Source: Micrococcales bacterium (GTDB lineage Bacteria; Actinomycetota; Actinomycetes; S36-B12; UBA10799). Taken from it: DNA of 64,000 bases. Location: positions 181,966 to 245,965 of the forward strand of contig JADKAV010000001.1 in NCBI GenBank assembly GCA_016719135.1, read 5' to 3'. A model generated the notes under the pieces. That model saw only the letters and a list, made by a program, of their open reading frames with translations. It made no database searches and was not told the DNA's origin. Below, one piece after another: positions 25,582 through 34,203 of this stretch (positions within the stretch are counted from its first letter, which is position 1; every line of letters starts with the position of its first letter). Made by a program: the position numbers and the translations under genes.

Positions 25582-26015
25582 GACAAAGCCGCCAGGACCG
25601 CATCTCGCAACGCTTCCGGGCGCGGTGGGCACCCGGGCACCACCACGTCGGCCTCGATCCCCCGCACCACCGCGTAGGAGTCCCAGTACGGACCGCCGGT
25701 GATCGTGCACACGCCGTACGCAACGACCATGCGGGGTTCCGGGGTCAGGGCGATCTGCTCGGCCACCAGCTGGGCCGCGGCGCGGGTCACGGTGCCTGCC
25801 ACGACCACGACGTTCGGGCCGTCGATCTCGGCGAGTTCGGCAGACGCCGATCGCGCCGCGAGACTGTCGGCCTCCACCCCACAGCAGGCGAGGTCGACGT
25901 AGCGGACATCCACACGGATCACTGTAGGCCGCGGCAGGTACCGTGGACCACATGCACAGCGCTTCGTCCAGAGGTCGATGTCTTTGACATCACACACCGG
26001 TGCGGTGGCCCGCAC
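25578..26015 (-). CDS. NuoB / group-4 hydrogenase small-subunit-like [4Fe-4S] protein (145 aa)
   Basis: 3' part of ORF 25578..26570. The part upstream of GTG 26015 is antisense to korA and looks spurious. All four N2-type ligands are present: VDLACCGVE, YGVCTITGGPY and VPGCPPRPE. There is also an extra N-terminal C-x11-C-x-C. Confidence 0.7.
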   Translation of the reverse strand: MRATAPVCDVKDIDLWTKRCACGPRYLPRPTVIRVDVRYVDLACCGVEADSLAARSASAELAEIDGPNVVVVAGTVTRAAAQLVAEQIALTPEPRMVVAYGVCTITGGPYWDSYAVVRGIEADVVVPGCPPRPEALRDAVLAALS

Positions 26016-26064
26016 CAGGTAATTGGCCGGATACTTGGACGCAGGAGCGACAGCGAGGAAGCAC

Positions 26065-27921
26065 GTGGTTACCACCCCATCGAAGAAGACCGTCCGCCTG
26101 AGCCGGGTCATTGTGCGTTTTGCCGGTGACTCCGGGGACGGCATGCAGTTGACCGGCGACCGGTTCACCTGGGAGTCGGCGGCGAACGGTAACGATCTAT
26201 CGACCCTGCCGGACTTCCCCGCGGAGATCCGAGCGCCACAGGGGACTCTGCCCGGCGTGAGCGCATTCCAGCTGCACTTCGCCGACCACGACATCGTCAC
26301 TCCCGGCGATGCCCCCGACGTGCTCGTGGCCATGAATCCGGCTGCCTTGATGGCCAGTCTTCCGCTGCTCAAGCCGGGGGCGGAGATCATCGTCAACACC
26401 GACGAGTTCAGCAAACGCAACCTGACGAAGATCGGACTGACCACCAGTCCGCTGGACGACGACACGCTGGCCACCTTCTCGGTGCGCCCCGTGCCGTTGC
26501 CCTCCATGACAGTCGAGGCGCTGGCCGGCTTCGGGCTCGGCAAGAAGGACGCGGAACGGGCCAAGAACATGTTCGCCCTCGGGCTGTTGAGTTGGCTGTA
26601 TCACCGCGAACTCGACGCCACCGAGCACTTCCTCAACGACAAGTTCGCCCGCAAACCGGAGATCCTGAAGGCCAACGTCGCGGCCTTGCACGCCGGCTAC
26701 AACTACGGGGACACGACCGAGGATTTCGTGGTGCGCTACGAAGTGGCCCCGGCTCCGGTCCCGGCCGGCACCTACCGCAACATCAGCGGAAACCTCGCGC
26801 TGTCCTACGGTTTGATCGCGGCGGCCCGGCGCAGCGCCCTGCCTCTGTTCCTCGGGTCGTACCCGATCACCCCGGCCAGCGACATCCTGCACGAACTGAG
26901 CCGGCACAAGCACTTCAACGTGACCACGTTCCAGGCCGAGGACGAGATCGCCGGGATCGGGGCGGCCCTCGGCGCGGCATACGGAGGGGCACTGGGCGTG
27001 ACCACCACCTCCGGGCCGGGCCTCGCGCTGAAGAGCGAGACCATCGGATTGGCGGTGGCCCTGGAACTGCCGCTGCTGGTCGTGGACGTGCAACGCGGAG
27101 GGCCGTCGACCGGCTTGCCCACCAAGACCGAGCAGGCCGATCTGCTGCAGGCGCTGTACGGGCGCAATGGCGAATCACCGGTGGCCGTGGTTGCTCCCAA
27201 GTCACCGTCCGACTGCTTCGATGCTGCCATCGAGGCGGTCCGGATCGCGGTCACCTACCGGACGCCCGTACTGCTGCTGTCCGACGGATACCTGGCCAAC
27301 GGACAGGAGCCCTGGGCCATCCCGGACCTGGCCGACCTGCCCACCCTGAACCCCGGTTTCGCCACCGAACCCAATGGACCGGACGGTGAGTTCCTTCCGT
27401 TCCTGCGCGATCCCGAGACCCTTGCCCGGCCGTGGGCGATCCCCGGCACCCCCGGGTTGGCACACCGGGTCGGCGGTATCGAGAAGGCCGACCGAACGGG
27501 CAACATCTCCTACGACCCCGACAACCACGACACGATGGTCCGGCTGCGGCAGGCCAAGATCGACGGCATCGATGTGCCTGATCTCGAGGTGGACGACCCG
27601 GACGGCGACGCCGACCTGCTGGTCATCGGCTGGGGTTCCACTTACGGCCCCATCACCGCTGGGGTTCGACGCGTGCGCAAGGAGGGCAAGAAGGTCGCCC
27701 AGGCCCACCTGCGACACCTCAGTCCGATGCCGAAGAACACCGGTGAGGTCCTGAGGTCGTACCGCAAGGTTCTGGTGCCTGAGATGAACCTGGGCCAGCT
27801 CGCGCTGCTGCTGCGCGGACGGTTCCTGGTGGACGCGGTCGGCTTCAACCAGGTTCGCGGACTGCCGTTCACCGCGCCGCAGATGCAAGACGTGATCAAC
27901 GAGATGCTGGAGGGGGTGTGA
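26065..27921 (+). CDS. korA: 2-oxoglutarate:ferredoxin oxidoreductase subunit alpha (KorA, 618 aa)
   Basis: Lies in ORF 26023..27921. Likely start is GTG 26065 after GAGGAAG. Conserved N-terminus: VIVRFAGDSGDGMQLTGDRFT...DFPAEIRAPQGTLPGVSAFQ. Confidence 0.9.
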   Translation: MVTTPSKKTVRLSRVIVRFAGDSGDGMQLTGDRFTWESAANGNDLSTLPDFPAEIRAPQGTLPGVSAFQLHFADHDIVTPGDAPDVLVAMNPAALMASLPLLKPGAEIIVNTDEFSKRNLTKIGLTTSPLDDDTLATFSVRPVPLPSMTVEALAGFGLGKKDAERAKNMFALGLLSWLYHRELDATEHFLNDKFARKPEILKANVAALHAGYNYGDTTEDFVVRYEVAPAPVPAGTYRNISGNLALSYGLIAAARRSALPLFLGSYPITPASDILHELSRHKHFNVTTFQAEDEIAGIGAALGAAYGGALGVTTTSGPGLALKSETIGLAVALELPLLVVDVQRGGPSTGLPTKTEQADLLQALYGRNGESPVAVVAPKSPSDCFDAAIEAVRIAVTYRTPVLLLSDGYLANGQEPWAIPDLADLPTLNPGFATEPNGPDGEFLPFLRDPETLARPWAIPGTPGLAHRVGGIEKADRTGNISYDPDNHDTMVRLRQAKIDGIDVPDLEVDDPDGDADLLVIGWGSTYGPITAGVRRVRKEGKKVAQAHLRHLSPMPKNTGEVLRSYRKVLVPEMNLGQLALLLRGRFLVDAVGFNQVRGLPFTAPQMQDVINEMLEGV

Positions 27922-28895
27922 TGACCGAGATCCCGCTGAAAGCCAAGGATTTCAAGTCCGACCAGGAGGTTCGGTGGTGCCCGGGTTGTGGCGACTACGC
28001 GATCCTCGCGGCGGTGCAGTCCTTCCTGCCCGAACTCGGCCGCAAACCCGAGGACATCGTGTTCGTCTCCGGGATCGGCTGCTCGTCGCGATTCCCGTAC
28101 TACCTGTCGACCTACGGCCTGCACTCGATCCACGGCCGTGCACCGGCGATCGCCACCGGCCTGTCGGTCAGTCGGCCGGACCTGGACGTGTGGGTGGTGA
28201 CAGGTGACGGCGACGCCCTGTCGATCGGCGGCAACCACCTGATCCACGCACTGCGCCGCAACGTGAACATCACCATCCTGTTGTTCAACAACCGCATCTA
28301 CGGGCTGACCAAAGGGCAGTACTCCCCCACGTCCGAACCCGGCAAGGTCACCAAGTCGACGCCGGTGGGTTCGGTCGACCGGCCCTTCAACCCCATCTCC
28401 CTGGCGCTAGGGGCCGACGCGACGTTCGTGGCGCGGACTATCGACTCCGACCGCGCCCACCTGATTGAGGTGCTGCGGGCGGCCGCCGAGCACCGCGGCA
28501 CGTCGCTGGTGGAGATCTACCAGAACTGCAACATCTTCAACGACGGAGCCTTCGACCTGCTGAAGAACCCGACCACCCGTGACGAGGCGCTGATCCCGCT
28601 ACGCGCCGGCGAGCCGATCGTCTTCGGGGATCGTCGCGTGGTGCGCGACGCCACCGGGCACCTGCAGGTCTCCGAGCACGGCGAACCGGTCGTGCACGAT
28701 CCGACCGACCTCGAGTTGGCCTTCGCGTTGTCCCGGCTCTCCGGGGTGGCGCTCGACCATACGCCGATCGGCATCTTCCGCAGCGTTGAACAGCCGACCT
28801 ACGACGACGAGGTCCGCGCCCAAACCGACGACCGCGCCAACGAGGACGACCTACAGGCTCTGCTGACCGGACCCGATCCCTGGACCGTGAACTGA
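27918..28895 (+). CDS. korB: 2-oxoglutarate:ferredoxin oxidoreductase subunit beta (KorB, 325 aa)
   Basis: ORF 27918..28895: ...VRWCPGCGDYAILAAVQSFLPELG...SGIGCSSRFPYY...GRAPAIATG. This is the TPP-binding beta subunit. It overlaps the korA stop. Confidence 0.9.
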   Translation: MMTEIPLKAKDFKSDQEVRWCPGCGDYAILAAVQSFLPELGRKPEDIVFVSGIGCSSRFPYYLSTYGLHSIHGRAPAIATGLSVSRPDLDVWVVTGDGDALSIGGNHLIHALRRNVNITILLFNNRIYGLTKGQYSPTSEPGKVTKSTPVGSVDRPFNPISLALGADATFVARTIDSDRAHLIEVLRAAAEHRGTSLVEIYQNCNIFNDGAFDLLKNPTTRDEALIPLRAGEPIVFGDRRVVRDATGHLQVSEHGEPVVHDPTDLELAFALSRLSGVALDHTPIGIFRSVEQPTYDDEVRAQTDDRANEDDLQALLTGPDPWTVN

Positions 28896-28898
28896 GAA

Positions 28899-29785
28899 AT
28901 GACCGCGCCGGTCTGATCTACGGGATCGGCGCGTACTCGCTCTGGGGCCTGTTTCCGCTGTACTGGCCACTGCTGGAACCGGCGTCCTCCTGGGAGATCC
29001 TGGCCCACCGGATGGTGTGGAGCTTCGTCTTCCTGCTGATCATCAACATCTTCATGCGCACGTGGTCCCGAGTGCGCGATGCGCTGGCCGACCCACGCAC
29101 CCGACTCCTGTTGCTGGTGGCTGCAGCCCTCGTGTCGGTCAATTGGGGCACCTACATCTGGGCGGTCAACAACGGCTACGTCGTGGAGAGCTCGCTGGGG
29201 TACTTCATCAATCCTCTGGTCTCGGTGGCGCTGGGCGTGTTCGTCCTCGGCGAGACACTGCGACGACTGCAATGGATCGCCGTGGGGATCGCCGCCGTGG
29301 CGGTCGGCGTGCTCACCCTCTCCTACGGTCGGCCGCCCTGGATCGCACTGATCCTCGCGTTCAGTTTCGGCATCTACGGCTTGGTGCGTAAGCAAGCAGG
29401 AGTCCAAGCGGTCCCGGCCCTGACCGTGGAAACCGGATTCCAAGCGCCGTTCGCGCTGATCTACTTCGGGGTGCTGGCCGCGACGGGCACGATGACGTTC
29501 GGCGCCTCCCCCGGCAACTCGGTGATGCTGATGACCGCGGGGATAGCCACGACCATCCCGCTTCTTCTCTTCGGCGCCGCCGCGATCCGGCTGCCGCTGG
29601 TAGCGCTCGGGCTGCTGCAGTACCTGGCACCCGTGCTGCAGTTCGTCATCGGCATCACTGTCTTCGGCGAGCACATGCCGCTGGAACGCTGGCTGGGTTT
29701 TGTGCTCGTGTGGTTCGCGTTGTCGGTGTTCACGTTCGACGTCATCCGCAATGCCCGGCGTCCGATCGCCGAACCGCCGCTCTGA
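28899..29785 (+). CDS. rarD: EamA/RarD family transporter; one base missing near the 5' end as sequenced
   Basis: ORF 29012..29785 is RarD-like. Its frame stays open and RarD-like upstream (...GLIYGIGAYSLWGLFPLYWPLLEPASSWEILAHR) but has no start codon back to the stop at 28787. ATG 28899, 4 nt after the korB stop, joins this frame if one base is added in GCGCCGGT (28904-28911). The span is 887 nt, which is 3n-1. Confidence 0.8.
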
Positions 29786-29903
29786 GGCGGTCCCGGCGTT
29801 GCGCGGGCCCAGTTCTGAAGCCGTAGATGCAACGGCTGTTCGGTGACCGCGCACCCCCGCCGCATATGCAACAACTGCCCGGTGTCCACGCACCCCCGCG
29901 AAA

Positions 29904-30020
29904 CAGCCGTTGGACTTGCGCACACACGTTGGAGATGCGCACAGGCGTTGGAGTTCCGCGGCCGTTCCTTCTCCAACCCACGTACCTAGGTCCAACCCCC
30001 GTACCCAACTCCAACGGCTG
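29904..30020. repeat. 117-bp nested triple inverted-repeat element (same family as 2589-2704)
   Basis: The terminal inverted repeat CAGCCGTTGGA...TCCAACGGCTG encloses two more arm pairs (ACGTTGGAGAT with TAGGTCCAACC; GCGTTGGAGTT with CTTCTCCAACC). Degenerate arms (ATGCAAC) lie just upstream at 29826-29870. Confidence 0.6.
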
Positions 30021-30082
30021 CCACCTGACCACACCCCCGCGCAACAGACCCTCGGTCCTCGCGCCGTCGCTGCAACACCCGA

Positions 30083-31216
30083 TCAACGCAGGCGGTATTT
30101 CTTCGCCTTCTTGAACGCGGCGTACTTGGATGTCTTCTTGGCCTTGTAAGTGATCTTGACCTTGCCCGAGGACTTGGTCACGACGCTCACCTTGCCTTTG
30201 GGTCCCTTCTGCTTCTTGCCCTTGCCGCTCACCGAGACAATGACCTTCTTGCCGGCATTGGTCGTGCAGGTCCGTTTGAGCAGCACGACCCTGGCGTCGG
30301 CCGGTAGTTTCTTCGGCAGCTTCGCGCACTTGGCCTTCTGCTTCCTCGGCGCCTTGCAGTAAGTCGTGGACGCTGCCCACTGCTGGTACTGCTCCGGATA
30401 GTCGGTGATGATCCCCTTCGGCTTGAGCTTGGCCATGGCCGCCCAGCCGGCCGGATCGTCGCCCTTGGTGATCAGGTTGTACCAGGCGTACAGCGTGATC
30501 CCCGACGTGCGCAAAGCGTCGGCGATGCTCGGATCATTGCTCAGAACGACGTTGATCAACCCGGCCCACGCACCCTCAGGGACGTCGGAGGGCTTCACAT
30601 TCAGCCCGGACAGCGGGTCCTGGAACCATATCTGCGGATAGCCGGGCAACAGTGTCTTGAACTGTTCCAGTTCGGGTTTGAGGAAGGACGGCACAACCAC
30701 TTGGGCACCGGAGTCCTTGACCAGCTGTGCGTACAGCTCGACCCAGGTCGGGTTCGGCATCGCGGGTTTGTACTCCGGCCACACGGACACGTTGTTGTCC
30801 TTGGCGTATTTCAGGACATCGGCGAACAACGGGACCTGCCCACCGTTGTTGTCCAGCTGCAGCGTCTTGATGTAGTCGTAGGTGCTCTGCGACACCAGCC
30901 CGGTCCCATTGGTGGTGCGCTCAAGCGCGTCGTCGTGCATGATGATGGCCACGTTGTCGACGGTGAAACGGACGTCGGTCTCGAGCACCTTCACCCCGAG
31001 CCCTACGGACTTCTCGAAAGCGGGCCAGGAGTTCTCGAGCAGGTATGGATCCTTGCCCACACCACCACCGCCGCGGTGGGCGATCAGTTCAGGGACGTAA
31101 CACGTAGTGGCGGCGACGGACTTGTCGGGCGCGGCCGGTTCACTGGCCACCGCGGGAACGGTGGCGGTGGACAAGACGAGGGCCGAACAGATCAATGCGA
31201 TGCGCATGAGCGCCAA
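30083..31216 (-). CDS. Secreted glycerophosphodiester phosphodiesterase with a Lys-rich C-terminal tail (377 aa)
   Basis: ORF 30083..31216. Signal peptide MALMRIALICSALVLSTATVPAVA. GDPD core: ELIAHRGGGG...ENSWPAFEKSV...LETDVRFT...IIMHD. The last ~95 aa are polybasic. ATG 31207 is an alternative start. Confidence 0.8.
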   Translation of the reverse strand: MALMRIALICSALVLSTATVPAVASEPAAPDKSVAATTCYVPELIAHRGGGGVGKDPYLLENSWPAFEKSVGLGVKVLETDVRFTVDNVAIIMHDDALERTTNGTGLVSQSTYDYIKTLQLDNNGGQVPLFADVLKYAKDNNVSVWPEYKPAMPNPTWVELYAQLVKDSGAQVVVPSFLKPELEQFKTLLPGYPQIWFQDPLSGLNVKPSDVPEGAWAGLINVVLSNDPSIADALRTSGITLYAWYNLITKGDDPAGWAAMAKLKPKGIITDYPEQYQQWAASTTYCKAPRKQKAKCAKLPKKLPADARVVLLKRTCTTNAGKKVIVSVSGKGKKQKGPKGKVSVVTKSSGKVKITYKAKKTSKYAAFKKAKKYRLR

Positions 31217-31237
31217 GATACCGCGCGTGCAGACCGC

Positions 31238-31372
31238 TTAGCCGCCGCTACACAGATCTCCCCCGTCACAGCAGGGCTGCAGGTAGTAGCACTGGGGGCA
31301 CTGGTCCTTGCCGCCCTTGCGAACCATCAGCACACGTTCACACGCTGGACACGGGCCTGGCTCACCGAACAC
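31238..31372 (-). CDS. Candidate 44-aa Cys-rich small protein (zinc-ribbon-like)
   Basis: Too short for the ORF track. My translation from GTG 31372: VFGEPGPCPACERVLMVRKGGKDQCPQCYYLQPCCDGGDLCSGG. It has 7 Cys, including two CxxC pairs. There is no obvious SD sequence, and third-position GC is only moderate. Confidence 0.25.
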   Translation of the reverse strand: MFGEPGPCPACERVLMVRKGGKDQCPQCYYLQPCCDGGDLCSGG

Positions 31373-31401
31373 GAGGCCAGGCTAGATGCGCACGCCATGG
31401 A

Positions 31402-32964
31402 TCAGTCTGCGGCGCGCCGGTGATTCAGGCCGACCAGCACGCCCGGGTTGAGCAGACCGGCCGGGTCGACGGCGTTCTTCGCTGCGCGCAGGGCAGCGGC
31501 GAACGGCTCTGGGCGTTGCTGGTCGTACCACGGCATGTGGTCGCGGCCGACACCGTGATGGTGTGTGATGGTGCCGCCGGCGGCGAGTAGCGCATCGCTG
31601 ACCCTGACCTTGATGGCGTCCCAGGCGTCGATCTCCTCGCCTCGCGCGACGGGCGCCAGGACGGTGAAGTAGGGAGCGGCGCCGTCTGTGTAGACGTGGG
31701 TCAATCGGCAGGTGACCCGACCGGGACGGCCACAGACCTCAATCACCGCCGACTGTGCGGCGTCGCGCACATCCGAGATCAGGCCGTCGAGCCGGTCCCA
31801 AGTCGTCGCGGTCTCGAACGTCTCGGCCATGACCCCGACACTCACCAGGATGTCGCGCAGGTACGGTGCTTGCAGAAACGCCCCCCGCCACGAATCGGCG
31901 GCGCTCTCGGCGATGTCCTCGGCTGCGTGCTTGCGGCATATCCGTTGCGCTGCAGACAGCTCCGCCGCCACGTCCAGCGAACCCTCGAAGCCGAGGACCA
32001 GCAGCGGGCGAGGATCGTCGCCCGGAGCCTCCTCGCCGTCGATCAGGCGACAGTTGGCCGGCGAAAGACCGGCGTGCAGAACCTCCCGCAGCGCCTCGCA
32101 GCCCGCAGCGAAATCCGGCAGGCGCATGCTCGCGCCCTGCTTGTACTCCGGACGCGGAACCACCCGCAGCCACGCCTGTGTGATCACTGCAAGCGCTCCC
32201 TCGCTGCCCAGCAACAGCCGGTCCGGGCTGGGACCCGCACCGCTGGCCGGCAGCCTGCGCGACTCCCACAGCCCCCGCGGGGTGATCGCGCGGATCGACT
32301 CGACCATGTCATCGATGTGGGTCGGTCCGGATGCGTAGTGCCCACCGGCGCGGGTTGCGATCCAGCCGCCGACGGTGGAGAACTCGAACGACTGCGGAAA
32401 GAACCGCGTGGTCAGTCCGCGCTGCTTGAGCTGCTCTTCGACCACCGGCCCCGCGGCACCGGCCTGCACCGACGCCGCCCGGGATGCCACATCGACTTCC
32501 AGTACCCGGTCCATGTGGCTGACGTCGAGGCTCACAATGCCGTTGTACGCCTCGAGGCCGCGCGGTTCGACACCCCCGACGACACTGGTTCCACCTCCAT
32601 ACGGAATCACCGCGGCGTGCTGGGTGTCGGCCCATTCCAGGACCCGCTCGACATCGCGCTCGGATCTCGGGTAGGCGACGAAGTCCGGCGCGTTGGCAAA
32701 ATCTCCCCGGAATCCCCGCACAACATCGCGATACGCCTTGCCCAATGCGTGAACGGCCCGATTGCGCCGGTCGGCCACGGTGATGTCCGCGAGGTCACCG
32801 GGTTTCAGGCGCGGCGCCGGCAGCTGGGCCGATTCCAGCGGCACGGGCATCTGGACCTCCGATCCCCCGAAGCCCAGTTGCTCGATCACCAGCGGAACCG
32901 TGTCCCGGATCTCTTGTTCAGTCAATGCTGAGTCCGCCAACCCCCAGCCCCAATGCTTCTTCAT
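31402..32964 (-). CDS. FAD-linked oxidase, alkyl-DHAP synthase-like family (520 aa)
   Basis: ORF 31402..32964. The FAD_binding_4 region reads ...AAVIPYGGGTSVVGGVEP...VSLDVSHMDRVLEVD... The C-terminal oxidase domain ends ...ITHHHGVGRDH. Confidence 0.85.
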   Translation of the reverse strand: MKKHWGWGLADSALTEQEIRDTVPLVIEQLGFGGSEVQMPVPLESAQLPAPRLKPGDLADITVADRRNRAVHALGKAYRDVVRGFRGDFANAPDFVAYPRSERDVERVLEWADTQHAAVIPYGGGTSVVGGVEPRGLEAYNGIVSLDVSHMDRVLEVDVASRAASVQAGAAGPVVEEQLKQRGLTTRFFPQSFEFSTVGGWIATRAGGHYASGPTHIDDMVESIRAITPRGLWESRRLPASGAGPSPDRLLLGSEGALAVITQAWLRVVPRPEYKQGASMRLPDFAAGCEALREVLHAGLSPANCRLIDGEEAPGDDPRPLLVLGFEGSLDVAAELSAAQRICRKHAAEDIAESAADSWRGAFLQAPYLRDILVSVGVMAETFETATTWDRLDGLISDVRDAAQSAVIEVCGRPGRVTCRLTHVYTDGAAPYFTVLAPVARGEEIDAWDAIKVRVSDALLAAGGTITHHHGVGRDHMPWYDQQRPEPFAAALRAAKNAVDPAGLLNPGVLVGLNHRRAAD

Positions 32965-33036
32965 GGGTTCAGTCTATCCTGGATCCGCGGGGTCAAGCAG
33001 GGTTTGCCACACGCAACGTCACCGTAGGGTGGAGGC

Positions 33037-34158
33037 ATGGCCGACGAGTTCATGACCGAGGAACGCACAGCTCTCACCGCCACTGTGCGCGACTTCACCG
33101 CCGAACACATCGTGGGGAACCTCCCCGAGTGGGAGCGGACCGGCGACATCCCCCGAGAGCTGCACAAACGCGCCGGGGACCTGGGCCTGCTGGGGATCGG
33201 TTTCGACGAGTCGGTGGGCGGCAGTGGCGGTGATCTCGCCGACGGTTACGCCGTCACAGAGGCCATTTTGTCCGCTGGCGGTTCGGGCGGGCTCATCGCC
33301 GGGCTGTTCACGCACGGCATCGCAATTCCGCACATCATCGACTCCGGCAATCAGGACCTGATCGATCGCTGGGTACGGCCGGTGTTCGCCGGGGACAAGA
33401 TCGCCTGCCTTGCGGTCACCGAACCGGGCGGCGGGTCGGACGTGGCAAACCTGCGCACGGTCGCCGACGAGTCCGGCGACTCCTGGGTACTCAACGGGTC
33501 CAAGACGTTCATCACGTCCGGCGCACGCGCCGACGTGGCGGTGGTGGCCGCGCGCCTGCGTGGCGTTTCGGGGGCCCAGGGTGTCGGGTTGTTCGCCGTT
33601 CCGACCGACCAACCCGGGTATCAGGTCACCAGCAGACTGCAGAAGATGGGCTGGCACTGCAGCGACACCGCCGAGTTCGGGCTTGTGGACGCGCGTGGTG
33701 AACTGATCACCGAGCAGGGCTTCGCCTCCCTGGCCCGGCACTTCGCCACTGAAAGACTCTCCCTGGGAGTGACTGGTTACGCGACGGCTGCACGCTGCGT
33801 GGATCTCACCCGGGAGTGGATCACCCAGCGTGAGACGTTCGGGCGGCCCTTGTCCACACGGCAGGTGATCCGGCACACGTTCGTCGAGATGAGTCGACGC
33901 ACCGACGTCGCCCGCTCGTACATCCGGAATATGACGCTGTCCGATGAGGTGACCGTGCTCGATGCGATCTACGCCAAACAAACAGGCGTCAACTGTGCAG
34001 CGTTCGTGACGGATCGCGCGGTGCAATTGCTCGGAGGCATGGGATACGTCAGCGACGGCGAGGTCGAGCGGCACTACCGCGACGCGCGCATCCTGGGGAT
34101 CGGCGGCGGCGCAGATGAAGTGATGGCTGATCTGGCGGCGAGGTTGCTGGGGCTGTAG
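33037..34158 (+). CDS. Acyl-CoA dehydrogenase (373 aa)
   Basis: ORF 33037..34158. Segments ...LAVTEPGGGSDVANLRT...WVLNGSKTFITSG...ERHYRDARILGIGGGADEV give the typical ACAD signatures. Confidence 0.9.
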   Translation: MADEFMTEERTALTATVRDFTAEHIVGNLPEWERTGDIPRELHKRAGDLGLLGIGFDESVGGSGGDLADGYAVTEAILSAGGSGGLIAGLFTHGIAIPHIIDSGNQDLIDRWVRPVFAGDKIACLAVTEPGGGSDVANLRTVADESGDSWVLNGSKTFITSGARADVAVVAARLRGVSGAQGVGLFAVPTDQPGYQVTSRLQKMGWHCSDTAEFGLVDARGELITEQGFASLARHFATERLSLGVTGYATAARCVDLTREWITQRETFGRPLSTRQVIRHTFVEMSRRTDVARSYIRNMTLSDEVTVLDAIYAKQTGVNCAAFVTDRAVQLLGGMGYVSDGEVERHYRDARILGIGGGADEVMADLAARLLGL

Positions 34159-34203
34159 GTGGGGCCGCTGCGCCGGACCGTTCGTGGAGTGTTGAGCCTT
34201 GGC

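Noticed and set aside
26016-26570. The upstream 185 codons of ORF 25578..26570 as part of the NuoB-like protein.
   Set aside because: This stretch is antisense to the strongly supported korA N-terminus and has no NuoB similarity. GTG 26015 gives a 145-aa protein of the expected domain size.
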